Both the position numbers and the translations under genes were made by a program. A stretch of DNA of 64,000 nt, taken from Shigella phage Ag3. The DNA lies in sequence record FJ373894; one strand, 5' to 3'. Shown in pieces: positions 29,199-38,940 of this stretch; position 1 is the stretch's first letter; each line of letters begins with the position of its first letter. The notes under the pieces are model-generated. The model was not told where the DNA came from. It saw nothing but the letters and a program-made list of their open reading frames with translations, and made no database searches.

Positions 29199-29223
29199 TG
29201 AAGAAAAGGTCCCTTTCGGGACC
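29199..29223 (-). terminator. rho-independent terminator after tailspike B
   Basis: Minus-strand GGTCCCGAAAGGGACC followed by TTTTCTTC. Confidence 0.65.
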
Positions 29224-29229
29224 TTGACT

Positions 29230-31506
29230 TTAGTTCTGAATCAACACGGCATTGTACGATAGTGGAAAATCACCAGAAGTTCCTGAACGGGTAAACTGGT
29301 AGTTAGACCCAGAAACACCAGCAGCGACAGACGCCAACTGACTCGCTGAAGTGGCTGTCACCGCAATGCTACGGCCAGATACCAGGCTAACTATACCGAC
29401 AGCGGCAGTAACGGACCCAACGCCATTCGGGATAGTAACTAACCCGACTTGCTTGTCCGGGTGTGTCGGGGAGTCATAATGGTAGAACTTACACGAAGCT
29501 CCACCCACAAAAACCTGCCCGTAAAAGTAACAATTTTTTGTTGTTACGCTAGAGCCACCAGTTTGGTTATCTAAAACAGTAATTCCCAGTGGCTTATTTG
29601 CCAGGAATGTACAATTTTCCGCAGTTACTCCAACTACAGAGTTCACTAAAAGGTCTCCCTGCTGTGCTGCATCAATGTCATTGTTCTGGAAAAGGCAATT
29701 CACAAGCTTTGGTCTTGCCGGTACTAGGCCACCTTCTTTAATAATCTCAAGACCAAAGTAACGGCTGTCAGAGAATTTAACACCTGTAGCCATAAACTCA
29801 TTACAAGAACCCTGAATTACCACACAAGATTTATTACCGCTGCGGTTGCTGCTGTAATACCCGTTTGTTAATTGTAAATACTGAGTATTAGTCGCTCTCA
29901 GTGCAATACCGGTGGCAAGGTCTGACATGACGTCAGTCAGCCATATCCACCGGCAGTTAACTATCTCTATAGCTGCGGTGCCTAAAGTGTTATCACCACA
30001 GGCGTAGAATCTATCGCCTAGCAGCTCAATACCCTCTATGTTCGTGCTCACATGAGAGCTGTTTTCGGTTATGAACAGCCCGCATTTACACCCATTGAAT
30101 GTATTCTGGTTAAATCGAGTGTTAATCTGTCCCCCACCAAGTACAACACCGTATGTACTGGCAGCGAATCTGTTGAACCTGAAATCAAGCTCTCCAGCCC
30201 CATAACCGCCGGGTGCATCTACGCAATATTTAAGGAAGGCAAAAGAACAATTTTCAACTGTAACCAAAGGCGCTTCGATTCGTATACCAGTTGATGTGGA
30301 TTCTACGGTAACTGACTGAATCGTAAAGTCCGCAAGTCTTGCAAATTCATGAGTAACCTTGAAACATGTATCTCCGTCATTTTCAGGGCAGAATGTCGTG
30401 TTGAGCTTGCCCGCTCCGATAAGATTGGCGGGGCTATCAATAACAATATCTTTTACGAAATATTTCTCCGTTGCCGCCGGGACAAATACTGTATTAGACG
30501 CTGTAGAGGCGAGCTTAGCTGCGGCCAATGCGGCATTGATGGCCTGTGACCATGTATTAGACCCAGTTTTATAGTCGGCGGCATTGAAATAGACGGCATG
30601 GCGGGCGTTAATTATAGCCTGCTCTACAGTAACACCAGAAGAAGTCCCGACTAACGTAGCCCCGGAGCTTGCCGCTAAATCGTTTCTTAAATTTGGGTCC
30701 GTTTGTGGAGTCCAGTCGGCAACAGCAACAGGGTTGGTACTTGCTGCGATTACATGCGGCAATGCACCACTCCAGGAATACCAGGTCTTACTTACCGGGT
30801 CATATACCACTTTGTCACGGTCATTAATTGTTAAAGTGCCGCCTACGCTAAAAGTTAAACCAGAGTCAGCGTAGCCATTTTCAATAGCCCAGTTGAGTTT
30901 TAACTTGATCAAATCATCACCAACAGAGTCTAAACTCTGTTGCACCGTTTGCCCCGACGTAGTTCCAACAAGGCTTGCCCCATTATCAGAAGCCAACGCC
31001 AGGTAATTTTGTTTTACGGACATTTCTGACACGACCCAAACTCCAGCCGCAGGCGAACCTGTGAGGAAACTCACAACTCCTGTTGTGCTGTTGTAGCTGT
31101 AGTTGACACCAGGAACCTGGAACTTCCCGTCAACATACAGAGACTGTACGCCGTAGGTTGTGAAGTCTGGCGTGAAAGTAGTCTCGTTACCGTCCGCCTG
31201 AAACTTGTAGATTCTGATCCCGTTTTCATAATCTTCTGGGGACAGGATCTTGTCAAACAGACAGTACACTACATCATCAGCCTCTAGTGCTCGACCGAGG
31301 TTGACTGTGTTGCCATCGATTTCATAGTTGTCGACAGGAACCTGAACACCACCATTGATAGTGATGAAGCCCGTAACGGGATAGAACGGGAGGGAGATAA
31401 ACGTCTCTCCACCCGTTGCGGTATAAGTGTATGGAATCTGGTGTGGTGCTGTTACAACCGCTCCAAAGATGCTCTCGACGTTTCTGGTCATTTGAAGATA
31501 CCCCAT
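29230..31506 (-). CDS. tailspike protein B (758 aa)
   Basis: Beta-helix-like repeats (NCSFAF, NCTFLANK); alternative start 31491. Confidence 0.65.
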   Translation of the reverse strand: MGYLQMTRNVESIFGAVVTAPHQIPYTYTATGGETFISLPFYPVTGFITINGGVQVPVDNYEIDGNTVNLGRALEADDVVYCLFDKILSPEDYENGIRIYKFQADGNETTFTPDFTTYGVQSLYVDGKFQVPGVNYSYNSTTGVVSFLTGSPAAGVWVVSEMSVKQNYLALASDNGASLVGTTSGQTVQQSLDSVGDDLIKLKLNWAIENGYADSGLTFSVGGTLTINDRDKVVYDPVSKTWYSWSGALPHVIAASTNPVAVADWTPQTDPNLRNDLAASSGATLVGTSSGVTVEQAIINARHAVYFNAADYKTGSNTWSQAINAALAAAKLASTASNTVFVPAATEKYFVKDIVIDSPANLIGAGKLNTTFCPENDGDTCFKVTHEFARLADFTIQSVTVESTSTGIRIEAPLVTVENCSFAFLKYCVDAPGGYGAGELDFRFNRFAASTYGVVLGGGQINTRFNQNTFNGCKCGLFITENSSHVSTNIEGIELLGDRFYACGDNTLGTAAIEIVNCRWIWLTDVMSDLATGIALRATNTQYLQLTNGYYSSNRSGNKSCVVIQGSCNEFMATGVKFSDSRYFGLEIIKEGGLVPARPKLVNCLFQNNDIDAAQQGDLLVNSVVGVTAENCTFLANKPLGITVLDNQTGGSSVTTKNCYFYGQVFVGGASCKFYHYDSPTHPDKQVGLVTIPNGVGSVTAAVGIVSLVSGRSIAVTATSASQLASVAAGVSGSNYQFTRSGTSGDFPLSYNAVLIQN

Positions 31507-31519
31507 AGAGGATTTGCCA

Positions 31520-31534
31520 ATATGGGGTATTTAG
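31520..31534 (-). promoter_or_regulatory. late-promoter-like CTAAATACCCCATAT upstream of tailspike B
   Basis: Identical 15-mer to 1967..1981. Confidence 0.4.
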
Positions 31535-31691
31535 CGAATGGATAAGAAGTCGCAGGACTACCCACTTGTTTTATCTGATTACGAATTTACCCAGGCTGAT
31601 ATCGTTAATCAGCGTAGCCACTATGTTTGCCAGTTGGGTGGTTGTTAACGTGTTCACATCACCACGCAATTGCTGGCTACAACAATGATTG

Positions 31692-33713
31692 TTAGCTTAG
31701 ATTTAGACTAAACCCACCATTTGACTTGCTTATCATACCACGAACAGTTTTGTTGCCTCCACCGCTGTATTCGTCATATTGCATTTTGACATTTACAGCG
31801 ATGTTGGCGTCAATTGAATCCCATCCAGCAAAGTTCAGGAACACATTTCCGCTAGTGTCTACTGATATTGTTGGCGTGGCTGCTGTTCCTTTTGTGAACG
31901 TACTTTGCACTGAACCTTCCATTGTGCTTGCTGCTGGAGTTGTACCCATCACTAATGTTCCCTGCAATCGCCCATGCCATGCGCTAGAAACACCTGAAAC
32001 CGGGGAGTTGGCTACAACATCAACCGTCCACAAACTTACGTTTCGGTACGTACTCACAGTGCCAATTTTAAAATTCCTGGAATCTCCAGCGGCTTTAATG
32101 AACAGCATTGAACCCGTAGCGCATTTACTTGAATCAGGCGCTGCACCTGCAGATGCAAAATCAGAGAATGTGCAATTATCAAATTTTACTTTGCTGTAAT
32201 CGGTAGCTGTTAACTTAGCTTCTGGTGCATTAACATTTTCGAATTTAACTCCGCCATAGTTCGCCACTGCGCCTGTAAGCTGATTGGTATTGACATATAC
32301 ATCACCACCATTCAGCTTTCGGACCACCAGGTCACGACAGATAAATCCATTAATAGAATCGCCTGACGTCCAGTTATCGTTGGTGTTGAAGTTAAAGAAC
32401 CATGCATGGTTACCAGAGTCTCCGCCGCCAAGTTCTATGCGTCCGGTGATCACAATATTTGAATAACCATAGCCACGCGGGTTATTATCTGCTACAGACT
32501 CGTCAATCAGCTTTGTTGTGCCAATAACACTTCCCCAATTCCCCCCGACGACATCATAATTGATGGTTATGTTACGCATCAGCCCGGCAATCATCGTCTC
32601 TGTTATGGTGCTGTCCCAACCCCAATCCAGCCATATTGGTGCTACGCGGTACGGAAGCGTGTAACGCCCTGTGCTACGATATTTGTAATTGACTGTAAGA
32701 TTAGATATTTGATTATCCATGTTACCGTTATAGAAATACATTTTGATTGGCGTACCCTGTTGAGTATCAATGGCATCAACAGTTATCTGGCCACCACCAC
32801 AATTGTTCGTCAGAAAGAAATCACGACGGCAACCATTATTAACTGTATGGATGTCAACTACACCAACATTACCAAGGAGATGTGGATAGCGAGTGTCATT
32901 GTTCACACTGCGAGCAAAGAGATTTTTTACATTAGTACATTCGTAGCCTTGATAGCACTTGTTAGTCTTGCCAATAAATGTGAAATTATTGCATCCATTC
33001 AGGCGCAGTGGGGTTAGTCCGCGTTTGTCATCACCGACATACTCAAGGGTGGAAGAAGCATCCACTTCAAACACCAGATTGGTGATATTCGTCAGGTCGA
33101 ACACGCGCGTCAGGTCAAATGCACCGGAGTAAAGCAGGGTGTCCCTGATAACCAGTCCGCGAATTTCAAGGCAGTCCATATTACTTAAAGTAAAGATGGT
33201 ACTAAGACCGCCACTACCAGGACCAAAGTTCACAACCTGGTCAAAAATAATTTCAACACTTTTTAGGTTGTTAGATGTGATGTAAGACTGCAAAGATTGC
33301 AGTGTACCGAATCGGGAGAAGTAAAGGACACGTTTGTTTACAACTGAATCAAGAGCATCTTTTACTGTAGATGATTCGTATCCGACAAGACTTGCCTTTT
33401 CACCCGTCAGCAGTTCAGAACCCAGCGTTTTGCTTTCAACGCTAACCCATGCTGAAGATGATACACCACCAGTTGATTGTGGTGTTGAGTTTTTGTTCAC
33501 AGTTTTGGGCAAAGACCCACCCCAGGTATAACACTGGGCACCATTGATATGCCACACGGCGTCGGTTGCAGTCGTCACAGTAGCACCGTCTTCAAAACTA
33601 CCTTCGACCAAATTAAGACCTAAATCCGACAAAGCCCGCCGCCACAATTCACGCGGGTTTTTGTTGATTTCTTTGGCTGTTGAACCTTTCGGCTGATTGA
33701 ATTGCGGATTCAT
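31692..33713 (-). CDS. tailspike protein C (673 aa)
   Basis: N-terminal module shared with 27244..29028 (MNPQFNQPKG, WGGSLPK, TGGVSSS); beta-helix-like repeats. Confidence 0.7.
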   Translation of the reverse strand: MNPQFNQPKGSTAKEINKNPRELWRRALSDLGLNLVEGSFEDGATVTTATDAVWHINGAQCYTWGGSLPKTVNKNSTPQSTGGVSSSAWVSVESKTLGSELLTGEKASLVGYESSTVKDALDSVVNKRVLYFSRFGTLQSLQSYITSNNLKSVEIIFDQVVNFGPGSGGLSTIFTLSNMDCLEIRGLVIRDTLLYSGAFDLTRVFDLTNITNLVFEVDASSTLEYVGDDKRGLTPLRLNGCNNFTFIGKTNKCYQGYECTNVKNLFARSVNNDTRYPHLLGNVGVVDIHTVNNGCRRDFFLTNNCGGGQITVDAIDTQQGTPIKMYFYNGNMDNQISNLTVNYKYRSTGRYTLPYRVAPIWLDWGWDSTITETMIAGLMRNITINYDVVGGNWGSVIGTTKLIDESVADNNPRGYGYSNIVITGRIELGGGDSGNHAWFFNFNTNDNWTSGDSINGFICRDLVVRKLNGGDVYVNTNQLTGAVANYGGVKFENVNAPEAKLTATDYSKVKFDNCTFSDFASAGAAPDSSKCATGSMLFIKAAGDSRNFKIGTVSTYRNVSLWTVDVVANSPVSGVSSAWHGRLQGTLVMGTTPAASTMEGSVQSTFTKGTAATPTISVDTSGNVFLNFAGWDSIDANIAVNVKMQYDEYSGGGNKTVRGMISKSNGGFSLNLS

Positions 33714-33759
33714 GTGAATCTCCTGTTGTTCTCATGAAGCCCCGAAGGGGCTTTATCAA

Positions 33760-36700
33760 TTAGAAGTTGCGAGACATCTCGAACCATATACCAGCTCGGC
33801 GCTGGAGAGTCATGATAGCCAAGCCACCGGAAGCCGTGGCGTTCACCCCACCTTTGAGGCGCATCACAGTACTATTGTGAGTGAGGACAACCCCATCACC
33901 CATACGCAGGTTGATAATATCACCCGATTGTGCACCAGTGAAGTCGGTGATGGTTCCTGAAGCGATATACAGATTCGGACCAAACACCGCAGATGGGGTG
34001 CCACCCGACACCGTCACTTCACCTTTCGGATCATCAAGAGCAGTGACGTCTCTTATCACGTTGAAAGCGCCGCGCCCACGGCTAAGATAATACTTGCTGG
34101 TAGTAGCCCCGCGAGCAGCAATGTTGGTCAGGGAACCATCAGTCATCAGGGTTCCGGCGTCGTATGCATAAACAACATGCGGACGAGACGTGACCGAGTT
34201 AATGACTTCGTCATGGATGTTGACGTTGTACATTGCTTTGTTATTGGTGGCGGCCAGATAGATAGCGCAAGATCCCGCTCCATACGCGTTACCGCCGATA
34301 TTGATGTTGCCTGTGTCGCCAGCGATAGGAGTGGTGTTCGGGTTACGGGAACTACTGTAGATCGCCAGAGGATAGTCTGCGGTCAACACCCAATCAGATT
34401 CCACGGCGATGCTCGCCAAGGAACCAGCAAACAAGCCGTTGGCATTGACAGACACGTTGGTGACGCCAGCGCCCATGTAAACGCTGTATTTCCAGTCGCC
34501 GAGGATTGTATTCCCACTGACGGTACATTGGTCAACGCCCTTGTAAAGCTGGATCGCTGCGTCATCTGATGGAGATACAGCCGCTGTCGAAGTCTGGATA
34601 TGGTTACCAGAGATATTGATCCAACGACACCCCCAAGCGACGTTGACGCCAGAACTACCACCATCAATCAGAAGGTTGCCAACGACATTTACTCGCTGGC
34701 AGTTTGGACTGAGGTTGATGTTTCGGTGGGTGTTCCCTATGATGTGGTTCTTCGTAATCAGTGTGCGGAACAGACCCAGCCCCTGAACACCATGGGTGCC
34801 CCCAGAAATGAAGTTTCCTTCAATGATGGTATCGCGCAACGTGATCGTAGACGGGAACAACGGAACCCCAGCATTGGTGTCTAGGCCACCATACAGAGAT
34901 GTGATCTGCCCGATCATCCCGATGCCACAAATCGCATAGTTGCCTGTGCCCGCCCAAGGATCGGTTGGCATCTCAATGACGTTTTCGCTGATTTTGTTGT
35001 TGATGTTCATGGAAGTCGTGCTGGTCGTACCGATACGGATACCGTATGCCTCGCCAGTCCCATCCAGACCATAAACATAGTTCTTTTCAATAGTCGCACG
35101 GATAACGCCGGAAACGATGATACCCTTCCTGGTGTTGTTGTTGCCATTTAGGATACAGTTTCTGATTTGTAAATCGGTGTGCCCAGTATCAACAAAGGAG
35201 TAGAGCAGTGTGTCTGTGTTGGCAACGATACACTTCAGCTTCAGACCATCGATAACTTTGACACCAACTGTCACCAGAACACGGCCTACACCATAAACCT
35301 TTTCTGTACCGCGGACGATAACTCCTGGATGGCTCGCGGCATAATCAACAGCACCCTGAACAGCCAGAGTGAAATCTGTGTTTTCATCGACGTACTCACC
35401 AGCCGTAACCAGATGAGAGAATTGCTCTGGCGTGACATAGTATTGCATTTCGGCCAAAGTGCCCTGGGGTGTTACAACGACAGCGTTTGCACCCACCAGA
35501 CCTGTATTCCCGGCCAGCAACTCGCCTTTGTACGCTTCAAGGGCGTCTTTACTGCCAGGGGCTGGTAAGAGTGGCACCACAACGTTGCCAGGAGCGTAGG
35601 ACAAGTTGCTTCCGCTCACAGATACGATGGACGCGCCTGTTGGGATACCAGAAGGCAGACCCCAGATCTTCTGTGCAACGACATCATAGATAACCGTCTT
35701 TCCGTCCAGTTTGGTGATGGTATCGGACGACAAAATAACCTGAGAATTCGGTACGTTCACGGAACGTGCCACTTCGTTTGGTGTACGGTCGATCTGATTG
35801 TACAGGGTTGGGTCACCATTGATGACGACAACAACTTCATCACCAGCTTCGAGTTCGTCGGCCAGCGTGATGATCTTCGTAACGGAGTCATAAGTGAAGC
35901 CCAGGCCTTTCTGCTGGCGGGATCCATCGATAAAGATCTCAGAAACATCTTCGGCATCGACATCCAACTCGATCTCAGTTTCACCACCCACAGCTGATCC
36001 GCTATTGTATATCCAAGTGATAACCGTACCGCCGCCGGAACCACCGGAGCCATCGCCCAACTGGATCGGGACATATTGGATGACCTGCAGCTCGGAACCT
36101 GATGGGATTGATGGACTGAAGTCGACATTGAAACCATTGAGGGAATACTTTGACTCCAGCAGGCGCTTCCCGTCAACATACACATCAACAATGGACGGCT
36201 GTGTGGTGAGAGTTACCTGAGCTGTATCTGATGCAACTGTCTCAGTGAAGATGGTACGACTGTAAACGCGCCCCTGGCCAAGACCGACGCCAGCAGTCAC
36301 AATCCAACCACGCGCGTCTCCAGACCAGGTAAAGGTCGCAGACACGCTATCGGTGGAGAGAGTCATAGGCTCTACAGAGCCGTACATTGGGTGACCATTT
36401 GGGTCAATGGTCAGAGGATACAGGGAGAACTTTCCATACAAGTCACAGACTGTAACAGAATCGCCAATGCGCGTAGGGGAAGGGAACACCACCGTAGAGA
36501 CGCCTGTGGAGTTGTCTACCAGATAGCCTCGCCCTTCAGTGAGCGTTGCCGTAGAGGCATGCGGAAGGGCTTCCCAGCGGATACCACCGCCACCCAGCGG
36601 CAACCATCCACCATTTTCGTAGAAGCCCTCAAATTCGTCGGAGTCGGCATTGTAGCGAACAGAAGACGGGAGGCCTGCGCTGGCATTACCCTCGGGTAAA

Positions 36701-36819
36701 GTCAGGACAGCATCTGGTCCATGCTCAATCGTACCCGTGTTGAGGATACCAGCCAAAGTAGACTGTTCTTCAGCCACCAGACCGAGAGGGAAAACAGGCT
36801 GTGTTGGTTTATTAGCCAT
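33760..36819 (-). CDS. tailspike protein D (about 1019 aa, TSP4-like)
   Basis: ORF track 33760..36849; ATG at 36819 with GGGG RBS; long N-terminal domain plus C-terminal repeats. Confidence 0.7.
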   Translation of the reverse strand: MANKPTQPVFPLGLVAEEQSTLAGILNTGTIEHGPDAVLTLPEGNASAGLPSSVRYNADSDEFEGFYENGGWLPLGGGGIRWEALPHASTATLTEGRGYLVDNSTGVSTVVFPSPTRIGDSVTVCDLYGKFSLYPLTIDPNGHPMYGSVEPMTLSTDSVSATFTWSGDARGWIVTAGVGLGQGRVYSRTIFTETVASDTAQVTLTTQPSIVDVYVDGKRLLESKYSLNGFNVDFSPSIPSGSELQVIQYVPIQLGDGSGGSGGGTVITWIYNSGSAVGGETEIELDVDAEDVSEIFIDGSRQQKGLGFTYDSVTKIITLADELEAGDEVVVVINGDPTLYNQIDRTPNEVARSVNVPNSQVILSSDTITKLDGKTVIYDVVAQKIWGLPSGIPTGASIVSVSGSNLSYAPGNVVVPLLPAPGSKDALEAYKGELLAGNTGLVGANAVVVTPQGTLAEMQYYVTPEQFSHLVTAGEYVDENTDFTLAVQGAVDYAASHPGVIVRGTEKVYGVGRVLVTVGVKVIDGLKLKCIVANTDTLLYSFVDTGHTDLQIRNCILNGNNNTRKGIIVSGVIRATIEKNYVYGLDGTGEAYGIRIGTTSTTSMNINNKISENVIEMPTDPWAGTGNYAICGIGMIGQITSLYGGLDTNAGVPLFPSTITLRDTIIEGNFISGGTHGVQGLGLFRTLITKNHIIGNTHRNINLSPNCQRVNVVGNLLIDGGSSGVNVAWGCRWINISGNHIQTSTAAVSPSDDAAIQLYKGVDQCTVSGNTILGDWKYSVYMGAGVTNVSVNANGLFAGSLASIAVESDWVLTADYPLAIYSSSRNPNTTPIAGDTGNINIGGNAYGAGSCAIYLAATNNKAMYNVNIHDEVINSVTSRPHVVYAYDAGTLMTDGSLTNIAARGATTSKYYLSRGRGAFNVIRDVTALDDPKGEVTVSGGTPSAVFGPNLYIASGTITDFTGAQSGDIINLRMGDGVVLTHNSTVMRLKGGVNATASGGLAIMTLQRRAGIWFEMSRNF

Positions 36820-36822
36820 TTC

Positions 36823-36863
36823 AAATACCCCTAAATGTGTTCGTTTCATCTAGGGGTATTTAG
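36823..36863 (-). promoter_or_regulatory. CTAAATACCCCTAG motif plus inverted repeat upstream of tailspike D
   Basis: Arms AAATACCCCTA / TAGGGGTATTT; downstream arm supplies GGGG RBS. Confidence 0.4.
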
Positions 36864-36871
36864 TTTTCACT

Positions 36872-38083
36872 TTAGAAAGAAGCGACTAGATTGTAGTCAA
36901 CGGAGCAAGCAGTCGTCGTGTTCGCATTTGTTATCGTCAAACGAAGTTTTGAAGACACCACAGAACCCGCGAATGTCACCGTACCGGAAGTGGACTTCTG
37001 AATCAACAGCTCGGTCTTGATTGTCCCGTCACGGGTGATCGTCACACGATACGTATCCACGACGTTGCCTGTACCCCATTGTGCACTGATCAACACCTGG
37101 CAAAGGTTCACCAAATCGAAGTCGGGCAACGCAGAGTTCCCCGAAGCAGAGACAGTGATGCTGCTTGGGTTGGTCTTCCCGATCTTCACACGGGCAGCAA
37201 TGTCGGCGTCCAGGCTTGTCATTTTGGCGTTGTAGGTCGATGTGTTGACCTTTCCAGACAACGTGGTATTGATCGTGCCGATATCACTCTGAATGCCGCT
37301 GATGGAACTGTCCAACGCCGCCATCTTCGTGTTATACGTACTGACGTTCACTTTGTTGTTCGTCAGATCCAGTATACTGGTGTCCAGGCTAGACATCTTG
37401 GAGTTGTAAGTCGACGTGTTGACCTTCGCTGCCAGAGTGGTGTTCACAGTGTTGAACTGAGACTGGATATCCAACATATCGGCGTCGTAATCAACAACCT
37501 TCAGATAAGCGTTGAAACGCGTATCATTGAAGATAGAAGTCACAAACGCAGATGTGTCGTACTTGACAGTGTCGGTTCCACTCACCAGTAACATGGTAGT
37601 TGGCACACCAGTACCAGAGTAAGTGACCAGATTTGTGCCGTCGAAAGTGAGTTTGTTGTAGCCGCCAGATAACAACTCGATTTTCAGACCAGAGTTAACC
37701 CCGGCAGTGTCTTCACTCACGCCGTGCTTGCGCAGCATAGACAGATTGACGCCATCAGTGGAATCAACTGGCTCATCTGCGATGGTAAGTTTCTTCCCCG
37801 TAGGGATACTGACACCAGCATTGGCTCGGATTTCTGTGGCAAAAGTCTTCCGCCCGTTGATAGTTTGTTCCCCACCGTCGGTGCGAATCACCTTATTATC
37901 CAACGTGTCGTAGATGTCATCCACAGAACGCTTCAGCTCATACGTCAGATGAGCTGAAGGAGGAAACAACGGATCGTCAACAGCGAAATCGTTGATAACA
38001 TCGTTCTTGCTTACTTTGTCGTCAACAGAACCAAGAATTGCGTCAATCTGCTGACCTGTATATTGACTCAGGAAATCGGCCAT
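36872..38083 (-). CDS. tail fibre protein with internal tandem repeats
   Basis: Three repeats of about 33 aa (KVNTSTYNxKMxxLDxxI). Confidence 0.6.
   Translation of the reverse strand: MADFLSQYTGQQIDAILGSVDDKVSKNDVINDFAVDDPLFPPSAHLTYELKRSVDDIYDTLDNKVIRTDGGEQTINGRKTFATEIRANAGVSIPTGKKLTIADEPVDSTDGVNLSMLRKHGVSEDTAGVNSGLKIELLSGGYNKLTFDGTNLVTYSGTGVPTTMLLVSGTDTVKYDTSAFVTSIFNDTRFNAYLKVVDYDADMLDIQSQFNTVNTTLAAKVNTSTYNSKMSSLDTSILDLTNNKVNVSTYNTKMAALDSSISGIQSDIGTINTTLSGKVNTSTYNAKMTSLDADIAARVKIGKTNPSSITVSASGNSALPDFDLVNLCQVLISAQWGTGNVVDTYRVTITRDGTIKTELLIQKSTSGTVTFAGSVVSSKLRLTITNANTTTACSVDYNLVASF
37186..37486 (-). repeat. in-frame tandem repeat inside tail fibre gene
   Basis: Repeated GTTGACCTT...GTGTT...CAT units visible in nucleotide sequence. 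Confidence 0.5.
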
Positions 38084-38085
38084 TT

Positions 38086-38940
38086 TTAACTCCTTGAACT
38101 TTCCAGGAATACGGTAAACCCAGCAGGATGGAAATGCTGACGGAAGACGCGCTCAAACACACCTTCAAAATCAGATACGTCGCCAGGAACTCTTATCACA
38201 TACGTGAATTCATCATAGTAGTAATCGTCACGCATTCCTGTCGCGCCGTCACATTCAAAGTTATCGTCCAAACCACCAATTTCTTCCTTGGGATAGTACA
38301 CACTCACTGGGCAACCAAAGTAAATCCAGAAGAACAATTCAATCGCTTTCTTCGTCCCGCGAATGCGATAAATGTGTTTAAGCAACTTCAACCAGCGGAC
38401 ATGGTCCAGCGTTCGACGTTTGGTTCCCTCGACATACACAGAGAGCGTGTCTCCGTCTGAAGTCACCAAACTGTCCGAACCAACTGGCACAAACTTCCCG
38501 AACTCCAGGAAGGTCTTATCAACCGTTCTCTGGAATCCGAAATCAGCATACCAATCGTCGATGCGTTCGTTCTTGTCTTCCATTGAGATTAATGGCCGAC
38601 CGTCTACATCCAGCAAATTTTCGAAGTCTAGCGCCATCATGTTCTCAAACGTGCGCGTCAGGAACTTGTCTTCCAAGAAGTCCTTGGCCTCGGTCCCTGG
38701 TGTCTTGCGCTTCTTGATGTCAATCAGCTGCTCAATAGGAGATTGATCCGTATTTGGGTTCACCCAACCATCAGTGTCTGCCAGATACGCCAAGATCTCC
38801 TCTTCGGTGAATCCCTGCTGGCGATACAGCCAGTTGAAGAACGTGTCCATGAACTCGATGAACACTGGGAATTCATTCTGGTAGAACAATGGGGTTTCAT
38901 ATTTCACCCCATTGTGTCCGTTATTGAGATCTTTGGACAT
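38086..38940 (-). CDS. virion/baseplate-associated protein (284 aa)
   Basis: ORF track; overlaps upstream gene by 20 nt. Confidence 0.45.
   Translation of the reverse strand: MSKDLNNGHNGVKYETPLFYQNEFPVFIEFMDTFFNWLYRQQGFTEEEILAYLADTDGWVNPNTDQSPIEQLIDIKKRKTPGTEAKDFLEDKFLTRTFENMMALDFENLLDVDGRPLISMEDKNERIDDWYADFGFQRTVDKTFLEFGKFVPVGSDSLVTSDGDTLSVYVEGTKRRTLDHVRWLKLLKHIYRIRGTKKAIELFFWIYFGCPVSVYYPKEEIGGLDDNFECDGATGMRDDYYYDEFTYVIRVPGDVSDFEGVFERVFRQHFHPAGFTVFLESSRS

Noticed and set aside
33737-33751. Hairpin AGCCCCGAAGGGGCT between tailspike D and C as a terminator
   Set aside because: No U tract on the transcribed minus strand; more likely a processing or stability hairpin.
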